In this document: positions 40,247 to 48,477 of the stretch, piece after piece
Numbering within the stretch: position 1 is the first letter of the stretch
Layout: each line of letters begins with the position of its first letter
Translations under genes and position numbers: made by a program
NCBI GenBank assembly: GCA_963795085.1
Contig: CAWCFX010000004.1
Coordinates: 288,001-352,000 of the forward strand
Length of the DNA stretch: 64,000 bases
DNA from: an uncultured Gemmatimonadales bacterium
GTDB lineage: Bacteria; Gemmatimonadota; Gemmatimonadetes; Gemmatimonadales; GWC2-71-9
Direction of reading: 5' to 3'
Notes under the pieces: generated by a model
What the model was told of the DNA's origin: nothing
Database searches by the model: none
Seen by the model: the letters and a program-made list of their open reading frames with translations, nothing else

Positions 40247-42241
40247 ATGCTCTCTCTTCTCATGGCGCTGGCAGCTCTGCAGCAGCCCGCAACGCCGCCC
40301 TCCCCGGCCCGGCCGGTTCTCCAGGCTTCCCTCATCGCGCGGGTGGCCGTTCAGCCGGCGGAGGCGGCCGTCCAGGCCAACGACACGATCCGCCTGACCG
40401 CGATCGCCTACGATTCCGCGGGCCGCGCCCTGCCCGACACCCGGGTGATCTGGAACATCTCGGGCGGGATGTTCGAAGGCCGGGTCGACTCCACCGGTCT
40501 CGTCACCGGCGGATCCCCCGGAACATTGACGATTTCCGCCATGGTGCGGCCCCTCGGGGGCGGCCGCGGCGGCGTGGCCACGGCCCGGGTCACGGTGCTC
40601 CCCTCGCCGGCCGCCCGGATCGAGGTGTCCCCGTCCGTGCGCCAGATGATGGTCGGGCAGGTGCTGGCGCTGACCGCCGACCCCTACGCGGCGAATCACG
40701 ATCGCCGATACGACCCGGTCTCCTGGAGTGCGGACCGCCCCGCCGTCCTGGCGGTGGACAGCACCGGGCTCCTGACCGCGAAGGCACCGGGCCGCGCCAT
40801 TATTACGGCCCGGGCCGGCCAGGCCAGCTATTCCGCGACCGTGACCGTGGTCCCCAACCTGGTGACCGCTGTCGAACTCTCTCCCTCGAGCGCGGCGGTG
40901 CGGGCCGGCGACGTCGTCCGGTTCGAGTTTCTCGCCCGCACCAGCGCGGGACGCGCGGTGGCCGACCTGCGGCCCCAATGGTTCATCGCTCCCGGGAGCG
41001 GGCTGGTGGATCACGACGGTGGGTTCGTGGCCGACGTGCCGGGCACCTACCGGGTGATGGCCAGTTTCGCCGGCCGAACGGCGGAAGCCGTCGTCACCGT
41101 GCGCCCGCGGGACGCGGCCCGCCCCGCCACCGTGGTGGGCCGGCTGCCGCTCAAGGTGCAGGCGGCGGAGTTCTGGCTCCATCCCGATGGCCGACACGGG
41201 TATCTCACCACCCTGTCCGACCGGATCTACGCCCTGGACGTCAGCGATCCGGCCGCGCCCGTGATCACCGACTCGGTGATGGTGGACGCCCGGGTCATCA
41301 ATGACCTGATGACGACCGAGGACGGCAAGTTCGGCGTGGTCACCCGGGAGGGCGCGTCCACCCGGAAGAACGGGATCGTCGTGCTCTCCTTCGAGGACCC
41401 GGCTCACCCGAGGGCCATCGCCGAGTTTACCGAGACCGTCTCCGGAGGCGTGCACAGCACGTTCATCTACCGCGGCTACGTGTACCTGACCGACGACGCC
41501 ACCGGCTCGATGCGGGTGATCGACCTTCGCGATCCGTACCAGCCCCGGCAGGTGGCCCGTTGGGAGACGCCCCGCACCGAAGCGGGCCGGATGCTGCACG
41601 ACATCGACGTGCAGGACGGGCTGGCCTATCTGTCCTACTGGAACGACGGCCTGGTGATCCTCGACGTCGGCAACGGCATCAAGGGCGGGAGCCCGGAGAA
41701 CCCCCAGCTCGTTTCCCAGTACAAGTACGATCTCAATGCCCTCTACCGCGAAGTCGAAGCCATCGGCGGTCCCGGCTTCATCCGTGGTACCCATACCGCC
41801 TGGCGGGCCGGCCGCTACGTGTTCGTCGGTGACGAAGTCTTCAGTGCCCGCCCGGTGGCCGGGGGGGTGATCGGGCTGGGGCGCGCCTATGGGCGGCTGC
41901 ACGTGGTGGACGTCTCCGATATCCTGAATCCCCGGGGGGTCGCCTACTACGAGCCCCGGGACGGCGGGACCCACAACGTCTGGGTGGCGGGAGACACCCT
42001 GTATCTGGGCGATTACCAGGGGGGCCTCCGGGTGCTGGATATCTCGGGTGAGCTCCGCGGCGACCTGCTCCGGCAGGGCCGGGAAATCGCCCACGTCCAT
42101 ACCGGCGATCCCAAGGGGGTTACCCCCAACTCCGCCAACGCCTGGGGCGCGATCTACCGGAACGGGTATGTCTACGTGCCTGACATGAATTCGGGGCTGT
42201 GGATCGTCCGGATCGAGTCCCAGTCCGCGCTGACCCCGTAG
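40247..42241 (+). CDS. Secreted Ig-like (Big) repeat + LVIVD-repeat beta-propeller protein
   Basis: Ig-like repeats (VSWSADRPAVLAVDSTGLLTA); GLVILDV, LHVVDVS, GLRVLDIS repeats. Confidence 0.85.
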   Translation: MLSLLMALAALQQPATPPSPARPVLQASLIARVAVQPAEAAVQANDTIRLTAIAYDSAGRALPDTRVIWNISGGMFEGRVDSTGLVTGGSPGTLTISAMVRPLGGGRGGVATARVTVLPSPAARIEVSPSVRQMMVGQVLALTADPYAANHDRRYDPVSWSADRPAVLAVDSTGLLTAKAPGRAIITARAGQASYSATVTVVPNLVTAVELSPSSAAVRAGDVVRFEFLARTSAGRAVADLRPQWFIAPGSGLVDHDGGFVADVPGTYRVMASFAGRTAEAVVTVRPRDAARPATVVGRLPLKVQAAEFWLHPDGRHGYLTTLSDRIYALDVSDPAAPVITDSVMVDARVINDLMTTEDGKFGVVTREGASTRKNGIVVLSFEDPAHPRAIAEFTETVSGGVHSTFIYRGYVYLTDDATGSMRVIDLRDPYQPRQVARWETPRTEAGRMLHDIDVQDGLAYLSYWNDGLVILDVGNGIKGGSPENPQLVSQYKYDLNALYREVEAIGGPGFIRGTHTAWRAGRYVFVGDEVFSARPVAGGVIGLGRAYGRLHVVDVSDILNPRGVAYYEPRDGGTHNVWVAGDTLYLGDYQGGLRVLDISGELRGDLLRQGREIAHVHTGDPKGVTPNSANAWGAIYRNGYVYVPDMNSGLWIVRIESQSALTP

Positions 42242-42299
42242 CCCTGTATCAGGGTCGCCACACTACCCAGAGGCCTCCGGGGGGAATAGCTTCCGTCCC

Positions 42300-42911
42300 A
42301 TGGCTGAGCCATCTACGCTGGTTGTCCGGACCTTCCTCGATCGGGCGGAAGCACTCGCGCACTTTTTCCACCGGGCCGGGGAGGCGCCCCGCCTGATCGC
42401 GTTCGACGACGCGCTGGGCTGCCCCATGGAAACCGCCCTGGCCGCTCTCGAGTGGACCAACGCGGTCGGGGCGCTCCACGATGACGACCTGCTACACGCC
42501 GCCCGGCTCACCAGCGAGACCGCCGCGGCGGTCATCGAGCGGAAGGCCGATGGGGGGCGGCGATACCTCTACCTGGGTCCCCGGCTGGACGCGCCCCCGA
42601 TGGACGTATTCGAGGGGGCCGTCATCTTCGACGAGCCGGGCGTCAAGGTGGTGGAGTTCTCCCAGCGGGCCCACGGCCTGGCCCATTTTCTCCGGGCCAC
42701 CTCGGGCGTCGGCGCGCTCCTGGCGCTGCTGGGCCGCCGCCCGCCCGAGATTCGCCACATGCGCCGGTGGCTGGGTCCCATCGTGCAGGAACTTGATGCA
42801 CCCCGCCTGCTGGTCGCGGGCTGGTTCGCCGCCAGTTCGGCCGGGTGCCTGTTTTCATCGAAGGAGGATGAACCATCATATCGCTACATCGAAGTCGGTC
42901 TGGAATCCTAG
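42300..42911 (+). CDS. Hypothetical protein with an internal two-fold repeat
   Basis: LVVRTFLDRAEALAHFF versus VKVVEFSQRAHGLAHFL; RYLYLG versus RYIEVG. Confidence 0.8.
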   Translation: MAEPSTLVVRTFLDRAEALAHFFHRAGEAPRLIAFDDALGCPMETALAALEWTNAVGALHDDDLLHAARLTSETAAAVIERKADGGRRYLYLGPRLDAPPMDVFEGAVIFDEPGVKVVEFSQRAHGLAHFLRATSGVGALLALLGRRPPEIRHMRRWLGPIVQELDAPRLLVAGWFAASSAGCLFSSKEDEPSYRYIEVGLES

Positions 42912-43468
42912 CCGTTCTCGCCCTGTTCGCCGTTCACCCTCTCGCGGCACAGAGCGGATTCATCAAGCCGGTAATCCTCGATTCTGCAGGCGCCGCAATG
43001 CTGGACAGCTACGCCTCCATCCGCGATACCATCCGGGTCGTCAGCGGCAAGGCCGCCATACTGCAACGTGATGCCCGCTCGGCGTCTGACCCGGTGCTCT
43101 TTTCCCGCGCCCGGAGTCTCACCGGCGCATGCGACGCCTCGCTGCGCCACCTCGACCGGACCCGGCACCTGATTCTCTCGTCCGACCGCGCCGAACGGGC
43201 CCCGGCACCCCGGCGCACGGCGCTGGATCGCTCAGCCATCGCGCTGCGAGCCGAACTGATGAACTGCACGGGGTTCTACCGGGAGATAACCAGGGACCGG
43301 GTGCGCGATATGCGCGGGAAAGGCGTGACCCAGGCGCTCAAGACCCAGGGCGCCATCCGCGACTTCGAAGGTGCCGCGGAAGCCTACCTGCTGAGCGTGG
43401 GCATCAAGGTCCGGCCCCATGGATCCGGCACGGATGTGTACGCTGGGAGTGCCCGCCGGGCGGATTAG
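42875..43468 (+). CDS. Secreted helical protein with a Cys pair; start possibly non-canonical (ATC 42875; first ATG at 42998)
   Basis: In-frame extension ISLHRSRSGILAVLALFAVHPLAAQ is a signal-peptide pattern; AAGGAGG lies 7 nt upstream of the ATC. Confidence 0.6.
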   Translation: MISLHRSRSGILAVLALFAVHPLAAQSGFIKPVILDSAGAAMLDSYASIRDTIRVVSGKAAILQRDARSASDPVLFSRARSLTGACDASLRHLDRTRHLILSSDRAERAPAPRRTALDRSAIALRAELMNCTGFYREITRDRVRDMRGKGVTQALKTQGAIRDFEGAAEAYLLSVGIKVRPHGSGTDVYAGSARRAD

Positions 43469-43486
43469 AATGGCTGGCTTCCGGGT

Positions 43487-43530
43487 AAAAAAAAGAACGG
43501 CCACCTGGCCCTCAGACCAGGTGGCCGTTC
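43487..43530 (-). terminator. Strong intrinsic terminator ending the ncRNA candidate
   Basis: GAACGGCCACCTGGTC-TGAG-GGCCAGGTGGCCGTTC-T8. Confidence 0.9.
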
Positions 43531-43908
43531 CCACAAAGACTTACCTGAGGTCGGGGCGATGCCGCCGTTCTTCTCTCAACTGCCGCCAGACCGCTTTCGC
43601 TGTCCGGGAGGGCAGGGTGAGGCCTCAGCTTTGATCCCCAGGCCGGATGGCCATCCCACCTGGTTCATCCCTGTGAGCGCTGCGAATCCAACCGGGTCGC
43701 ACCGGTCTTTCGCAGGGCACTCCGAGGCGCCGGATCGGAGTGGATGAAGCCCGCGACGGACTCCATCTGTCGGAGCCGGAGTGATCACCGGGATCTGCGG
43801 CCGCCTGAGCCCTTGGTTGCGTCGGCGACCTCCCCCGATATTCCGCTCAAACTCGCTAAACGCTCGTCCTGGCAAACGCGGGGTTCAACAGCGATCTCGT
43901 TCAGCGGT
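43487..43908 (-). ncRNA. Candidate large structured stand-alone ncRNA (~420 nt), family not recognised
   Basis: No credible ORF; own promoter and terminator; many 5-15 bp helices including a long-range closing helix; GNRA loops. Confidence 0.7.
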
Positions 43909-43913
43909 GATAC

Positions 43914-43941
43914 AAGATAGGATATCGAAATAGCCCCGCAA
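43914..43941 (-). promoter_or_regulatory. Sigma-70-type promoter for the ncRNA candidate
   Basis: TTGCGG-N16-TATCTT on the minus strand, just upstream of the first helix. Confidence 0.6.
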
Positions 43942-44054
43942 GCGCCTGTCTTTATTCGGTTTACGGCACCTCTACGTGGAACAAATGTGGATTGCTAACT
44001 GCGCGGGCAACGCCACGATAGCTGATCTCTCCACACCCGTGTGGAGAATGTGAA

Positions 44055-45026
44055 TCAGAGTCCCCACGTACTTTTCCCCCGGAAGATCCGGCGCCGGTCC
44101 AGTTGCCAGATGGTTCGGGAGCTGATCGCTTCGCCTTCGGAGAAGTTCTCCGGGTCGGCCAGTGCCCGGACCATGCTGTCGGCCTTGGCGCTGGCATCGT
44201 CCGCGTGGTGCAACAACTCGGCTTCCAGCGTCATGGGGAGCACCGGCGCGCCAAACTCGAGCTTGCCATGGTGGGCAAGAATCAGGTGGTGCAGCAGGTC
44301 CAGTTCGCCGCTGGTGAGGCCGTGGTCGCGGCCGGCGGCTCGCTCCTGCAGCATGAGGCTCCCCAGGACCACGTGGCCGTAGAGATGACCCCGCGGCGTC
44401 ATCTCGAACCCGCGCTGGTATCCGTAGGCCTCCAGCTTGCCGATATCATGCAGCAACACTCCCGCGACCAGCAGGTCGGGATCGGCCGGCGTGGTTCGGC
44501 TCAGGGTGCGGGCGATCAGACCGACCTCCCAGGTGTGCTGGAGTAATCCACCGAGCGCCGCGTGGTGCCCGGCAACGCTGGCGGGACACCGGCCAAAGGC
44601 GCTGCGGAAGAGTTGATCGTCGTAGAACAACGCCAGAAGGTCCCGGATCCCGGGCGCGGCAACCTGGGCGCGCCATCCGTCCAGGGCCTGCCAGTACAGG
44701 GCCGTATCGCCGACGGTCGGCAGCATGTCCGCCCAGTTCACGGAGGTCTCCGGGATGGGCCGAATGCGATGGACCCGCAGCTGCCGACGCTCGCGATAGA
44801 GCGTGATGTCGCCGCAGACTTCGACCACCTGGCCGCGGCGGATCCCGGCGAGGAGGGGCAGGGTTTCGGTCCAGAAGGGCGCACTCTGGATCCGGCCTGA
44901 CCGGTTGCCGAGGGTGAGGACGACAAAGGGCTGGTTGCCGGCGCCTCGCTGGGCGATGTCGCAGACCAGCAGGGTTCCTTCCAACTGGTCTCCGGCGGCC
45001 AGTCCGGGAAGCGGGATCATGACCAT
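44055..45026 (-). CDS. YhaM/Cbf1-family 3'-5' exoribonuclease (OB fold + HD domain)
   Basis: N-terminal OB fold; PASVAGHHAALGGLLQHT, LLHDIGK, GHLYGH, ILAHHGKLEFGAP, AELLHHAD. Confidence 0.9.
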   Translation of the reverse strand: MVMIPLPGLAAGDQLEGTLLVCDIAQRGAGNQPFVVLTLGNRSGRIQSAPFWTETLPLLAGIRRGQVVEVCGDITLYRERRQLRVHRIRPIPETSVNWADMLPTVGDTALYWQALDGWRAQVAAPGIRDLLALFYDDQLFRSAFGRCPASVAGHHAALGGLLQHTWEVGLIARTLSRTTPADPDLLVAGVLLHDIGKLEAYGYQRGFEMTPRGHLYGHVVLGSLMLQERAAGRDHGLTSGELDLLHHLILAHHGKLEFGAPVLPMTLEAELLHHADDASAKADSMVRALADPENFSEGEAISSRTIWQLDRRRIFRGKSTWGL

Positions 45027-45115
45027 GCCCCAAGGTAGCGGTGATCGCCGGCGCCACCGTTACCATTTGCACCCGGCACAGGTACAAAAAAGGACGCGGC
45101 ATTATCTTGGGTTTC

Positions 45116-45514
45116 ATGCCCCCTCTGCACTGCGTGGTCGTCGCTGGTTCAGCGGAACGCCGCCGCCTCATGGAAGACGCGTGGCGCGGGGCAGGGCAGG
45201 TGATCGTCCCCGCCAGGGATGCCGAGGAGGCGGCCAATGCCCTGACTGCGCCGGGACTGGATGTCCTCGCCGTGGACCTGGCTCTGCCCCTCCTCGACCG
45301 GGCGGCCCTGCAACGCGCCATCAGTCCGGCTCTCACCCATCCGCCCGAATCACTCGAGGCCGCCGAGCGGCGGCACATCGCGCTGACCCTGGCCTACACC
45401 GGGGGAAACCGGCGGCAGGCCGCCCGGCTCCTGGGCATCGCCCGTTCAACGATGCTCGCCAAGCTTCGGAAGTATGGGCTGGAATCCATCGGCGGAACCA
45501 CCGGGAGCGACTGA
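45116..45514 (+). CDS. Fis-type HTH protein with a short degenerate receiver-like N-terminus
   Basis: SLEAAERRHIALTL..TGGNRRQAARLLGIARSTMLAKLRKYG; N-terminal LDVLAVDLALP. Confidence 0.8.
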   Translation: MPPLHCVVVAGSAERRRLMEDAWRGAGQVIVPARDAEEAANALTAPGLDVLAVDLALPLLDRAALQRAISPALTHPPESLEAAERRHIALTLAYTGGNRRQAARLLGIARSTMLAKLRKYGLESIGGTTGSD

Positions 45515-45517
45515 GCC

Positions 45518-46093
45518 ATGCGGATGCAACTGGTTCTCCTCGGTACGCTTCTGGGTATGCCGGCCTGGTCGGGAGCTCAGCAGGCGGTGCGGGATGGTAG
45601 CGTGGCGGAAGGGACGCTCAGTTTCGATGGCCGGGCCACGGTCGGTAATTTCACGGGGACGACGTCCACCGTCACCGGCCGGTTGACCGGCGGCAGCGAT
45701 CTCGCCCAGGCACGGGGCTGGATCGAGGCGCCGGTGGAGTCGCTCAAGACCGGCAACGGCCGGCGCGACCGCGACCTTAACAAGTCCATGGAGTCCGACC
45801 AGTTCCCCGTCCTCCGGTTCGATCTCGCGGGCGTCGTGCCGGGGGTCACCCGGGGCGATTCGACCGCAGTCACCCTGACCGGCTCGTTTACGATTCACGG
45901 GGTGGTGCGTGAGGTCGCAGTGCCGGCCACCGTGATCCGGCTGCCGGGGCACCTCCGGCTCCGCACCAGTTTTCCGATGAACCTGGTCGATTACCAGATC
46001 GGCGGGCTGAGCAAGATGCTGGGCTTGCTCAAGATGTATCCGGACATCACGGTGCACGTGGATCTGCTGTTCTCGCAACCGACCGGCTCTTGA
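45518..46093 (+). CDS. YceI family protein
   Basis: Signal peptide; SLKTGNGRRDRDL, FP.LRF, GSFTIHGVVREV. Confidence 0.9.
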   Translation: MRMQLVLLGTLLGMPAWSGAQQAVRDGSVAEGTLSFDGRATVGNFTGTTSTVTGRLTGGSDLAQARGWIEAPVESLKTGNGRRDRDLNKSMESDQFPVLRFDLAGVVPGVTRGDSTAVTLTGSFTIHGVVREVAVPATVIRLPGHLRLRTSFPMNLVDYQIGGLSKMLGLLKMYPDITVHVDLLFSQPTGS

Positions 46094-46109
46094 CCGGGAG
46101 CGGTGCTAC

Positions 46110-46144
46110 GATCCACAGGGACAGGGTACCCCGCCCTGTGGATC
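46110..46144. terminator. Stem-loop between convergent genes
   Basis: GATCCACAGGG...CCCTGTGGATC perfect 11-bp stem; no clear U tract. Confidence 0.5.
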
Positions 46145-46199
46145 TCGATCAGACGACTTGGCCGTCAAAGTGGGTCGCCGATCTATTTCCTCGACATTC

Positions 46200-46634
46200 C
46201 TAGGGAGTGATACGCACCCGCCCAAGGCGGGAGACAACGACCTGGCGGCGGGCGCTGCCGCGGGTGACCACGAAGGTGGCGTTGGCAAAGCCCAGCGTCA
46301 CGCCGGTCGGGGCGAAGCGAAGCGTCCGGGGCGGCGAGGCCATGGCGGCACCCCGGGGTACCGGTCCCGGCGCCGCCCAGGCGGGGCTCATGGCCCCCCC
46401 GGCCTGAGTCACCCGGAGAATCAGGGAATCGGCGCGGATCTCCAGTTCGGTGGATCGTCCCTCCAGGACGGCGCGGATCCGGGCCCGCTGGTGGCTCCCC
46501 GCAATGTCTGCCGCGACGGCCTGGACGATGTATCGGTCGCGGAATCGGCCGGCCAGCGGCGCGGCCAGCGACGAGATGAGGCCCACGAGAACCAGCGCCA
46601 GGGCCACCTCCACCAGGGTCATTCCGTTCTTCAT
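46200..46634 (-). CDS. Prepilin-type pseudopilin (GspH/FimT-like)
   Basis: N-methylation motif G-MTLVE plus hydrophobic helix; LRFAPTG, VVVSRLGRVR. Confidence 0.85.
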   Translation of the reverse strand: MKNGMTLVEVALALVLVGLISSLAAPLAGRFRDRYIVQAVAADIAGSHQRARIRAVLEGRSTELEIRADSLILRVTQAGGAMSPAWAAPGPVPRGAAMASPPRTLRFAPTGVTLGFANATFVVTRGSARRQVVVSRLGRVRITP

Positions 46635-46848
46635 GGCCCAACCTTAGGCGGGTCGCTGCAAAGACCGGCATCCTATTATCGCAAGACGCAACACAATTAC
46701 GCGGCAGGGTCCCGCAGGCCATATTCGAGGGCCTTGTCAAACAACGAGTTGGATACCCTTTGCCCGGGGCAGGGGCAGGGCACGGTTTCTGCCAAACTAC
46801 CGGGACGTTGCGAAGACCGGTTTCTGCAGGAGCCCTCCCCCTGAGGCC

Positions 46849-46877
46849 TTGCTCCCCGGCGTCTCATTCGGCATACT
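46849..46877 (+). promoter_or_regulatory. Sigma-70 promoter of the TPR gene; a sigma-54-like GG-N10-GC also lies at 46778-46792
   Basis: TTGCTC-N17-CATACT; upstream GGGCACGGTTTCTGC. Confidence 0.55.
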
Positions 46878-46919
46878 AGCCGGAGCGACAACGGCGGGCT
46901 TTTTCTCTGGAGGCGGAGC

Positions 46920-48215
46920 GTGGTTGCTATTCCCTCGTTTGAGCTTTTCTCCCCGGACGACCTCCAGGTCGATTCGACCAGTTTCGGAACTTTTCTCAAT
47001 CGGGCCCGTACCGAGCGGGAGCAGGGCCGGGACGTGCCGGCTCGCATTGCGCTGGGAGCCTACCTGGGCGCCCGGCTGGTGGATCGCTGCCTCAAGCTGA
47101 CCGCCGGGGACGACGAGCAGGAAGGGTTCCGCTGGCAGCTGGAAAGCACCCGCAAGTTCCTGGACGACCTCCCTGCCGGCGATGCCGAAGTGTCCCACCT
47201 GCTGGGGATCATCGACGCCATCACCTCACCGCCCAAACACCGGGATACCGTGCTCCGCATGGCGCTGGTGGCCTACGGCTATTTCCTGGAATACGAGGCC
47301 CGGCTCGAGGAGGCCCTCGAGGTCCTCGGCCTGAGCGCCCGCACCTACCGCGCCGACCTCCCGCTGGTAGATGCCGCTACCCTCTCGCTATTCGTCGCCC
47401 GGCTGAACCGGATGCTGGCCCGGTGGGACCGGGCCACCCGGGCGTATGCCATGGCCGAGCAGGCCGGCCTCGAGGCCCGCGACCTCAGCACCGTGATGCT
47501 GGCCCGGATCGGCAGGGCCAACACCATGTGGGGCCAGGGTAACCTGCCGGCCGCCCGTGCCGCGCTGGAAGCGGTCGTGGCCGAAACAGATTCTCCTGAA
47601 CTGTTCGATTGCCGGGGCCGCGCCCTGAGCGATCTCTCGGTAGTTCTTGAGCGGCAGGGATACCTGCTGGAGGCGATCCGGACCCGGTACGATGCCCTGC
47701 GCACTCTGCGCGACGAGGTGCAGCGGACCCGCGCCTTTGGCGACCTCGGTATCACCTTGCGGATGGTCGGGGAGTACGACGCGGCTCGCCGCAGCCTGGA
47801 GATCGTCATGCGGTCGGACGCGGGCCTTCTCCTCCGGGCCAACTCCTGCCTGGAAATGATGGAACTGGAGTCCGCGGTCGGCAACCGGATGGCCTTCGAG
47901 CGCTATCGCCAGGAAGCGCGCACCTTCGAGGACCGAATGCCCCCCTCTATGGCGATCGATTACCGCTATAAAGTAGGCATCGGATTCGCCCGGTTTGGCA
48001 AGGAGGCCAAGGCTCGGTCCATGTTGCGGGAAGCGCTGGCCCTGTCGGAGGCCCACGGGTTGAACCAGTGGTATTTCAAGGTGGACCGGGTGCTGAATGG
48101 TCTGGCCCTCTGCGAGGAGCAGACCCAGGAAACAGCCGCAACCACCGAGTCCAGTGAAGTGGCCTCGGCGGCTGCGGAGATCGTGGCGGGACTGCTCGAG
48201 CTTACCGGAGTGTAG
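46920..48215 (+). CDS. Cytoplasmic TPR-repeat protein (candidate peptide receptor)
   Basis: About six TPR-like helix pairs (e.g. ARIGRANTMWGQGNLPAARAAL, AFGDLGITLRMVGEYDAARRSL); no signal peptide or TM; GGAGG SD. Confidence 0.85.
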   Translation: MVAIPSFELFSPDDLQVDSTSFGTFLNRARTEREQGRDVPARIALGAYLGARLVDRCLKLTAGDDEQEGFRWQLESTRKFLDDLPAGDAEVSHLLGIIDAITSPPKHRDTVLRMALVAYGYFLEYEARLEEALEVLGLSARTYRADLPLVDAATLSLFVARLNRMLARWDRATRAYAMAEQAGLEARDLSTVMLARIGRANTMWGQGNLPAARAALEAVVAETDSPELFDCRGRALSDLSVVLERQGYLLEAIRTRYDALRTLRDEVQRTRAFGDLGITLRMVGEYDAARRSLEIVMRSDAGLLLRANSCLEMMELESAVGNRMAFERYRQEARTFEDRMPPSMAIDYRYKVGIGFARFGKEAKARSMLREALALSEAHGLNQWYFKVDRVLNGLALCEEQTQETAATTESSEVASAAAEIVAGLLELTGV

Positions 48216-48224
48216 ACCTTCCGG

Positions 48225-48368
48225 TTACTGGCATGAACGGCCGCCGGAACCCTGGGTTTCCGTGCAAGGTGCGGTATCGGGCCGGGGTCCGCTGGCGTCA
48301 GCGCAGGCGGCGGTCCCAAACAGGGTGAGCGTGACCAGCAGAAGGGCGAGGCGCTTGGTGGTGGACAT
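48225..48368 (-). CDS. 47-aa lipoprotein-like peptide precursor (absent from the ORF track)
   Basis: AAGGAG-6nt-ATG; MSTTKRLALLLVTLTLFGTAAC-ADASGPRPDTAPCTETQGSGGRSCQ; GC-rich third positions; fills the intergenic gap. Confidence 0.85.
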   Translation of the reverse strand: MSTTKRLALLLVTLTLFGTAACADASGPRPDTAPCTETQGSGGRSCQ

Positions 48369-48408
48369 CGTTAGCTCCTTGTAAGCTAGGTTCCTGGGGG
48401 GCGCCCTT

Positions 48409-48476
48409 ATTATCGGGCGGACCGATGGCCCTGTTTAGGCCCTTTTTACGACATTCAGGGACGGTTTTGCGACATT
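48409..48476 (-). promoter_or_regulatory. 21-bp-phased direct repeat (candidate AraC-family operator) next to a weak promoter for the peptide gene
   Basis: TTTTACGACATT (48444-48455) and TTTTGCGACATT (48465-48476); minus-strand TAAACA-N17-GATAAT at 48437-48409. Confidence 0.6.
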
Positions 48477-48477
48477 G

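Noticed and set aside
43487..43908. RNase P RNA, tmRNA, SRP RNA, intron or riboswitch identity
   Set aside because: No GAGGAAAGUCC, no tRNA-like CCA end, no SRP helix-8 motif, no domain V, and no downstream same-strand gene.
43968..43983. parS-like site (ACCTCTACGTGGAACA)
   Set aside because: Only 12 of 16 positions match and just one half-site is intact.
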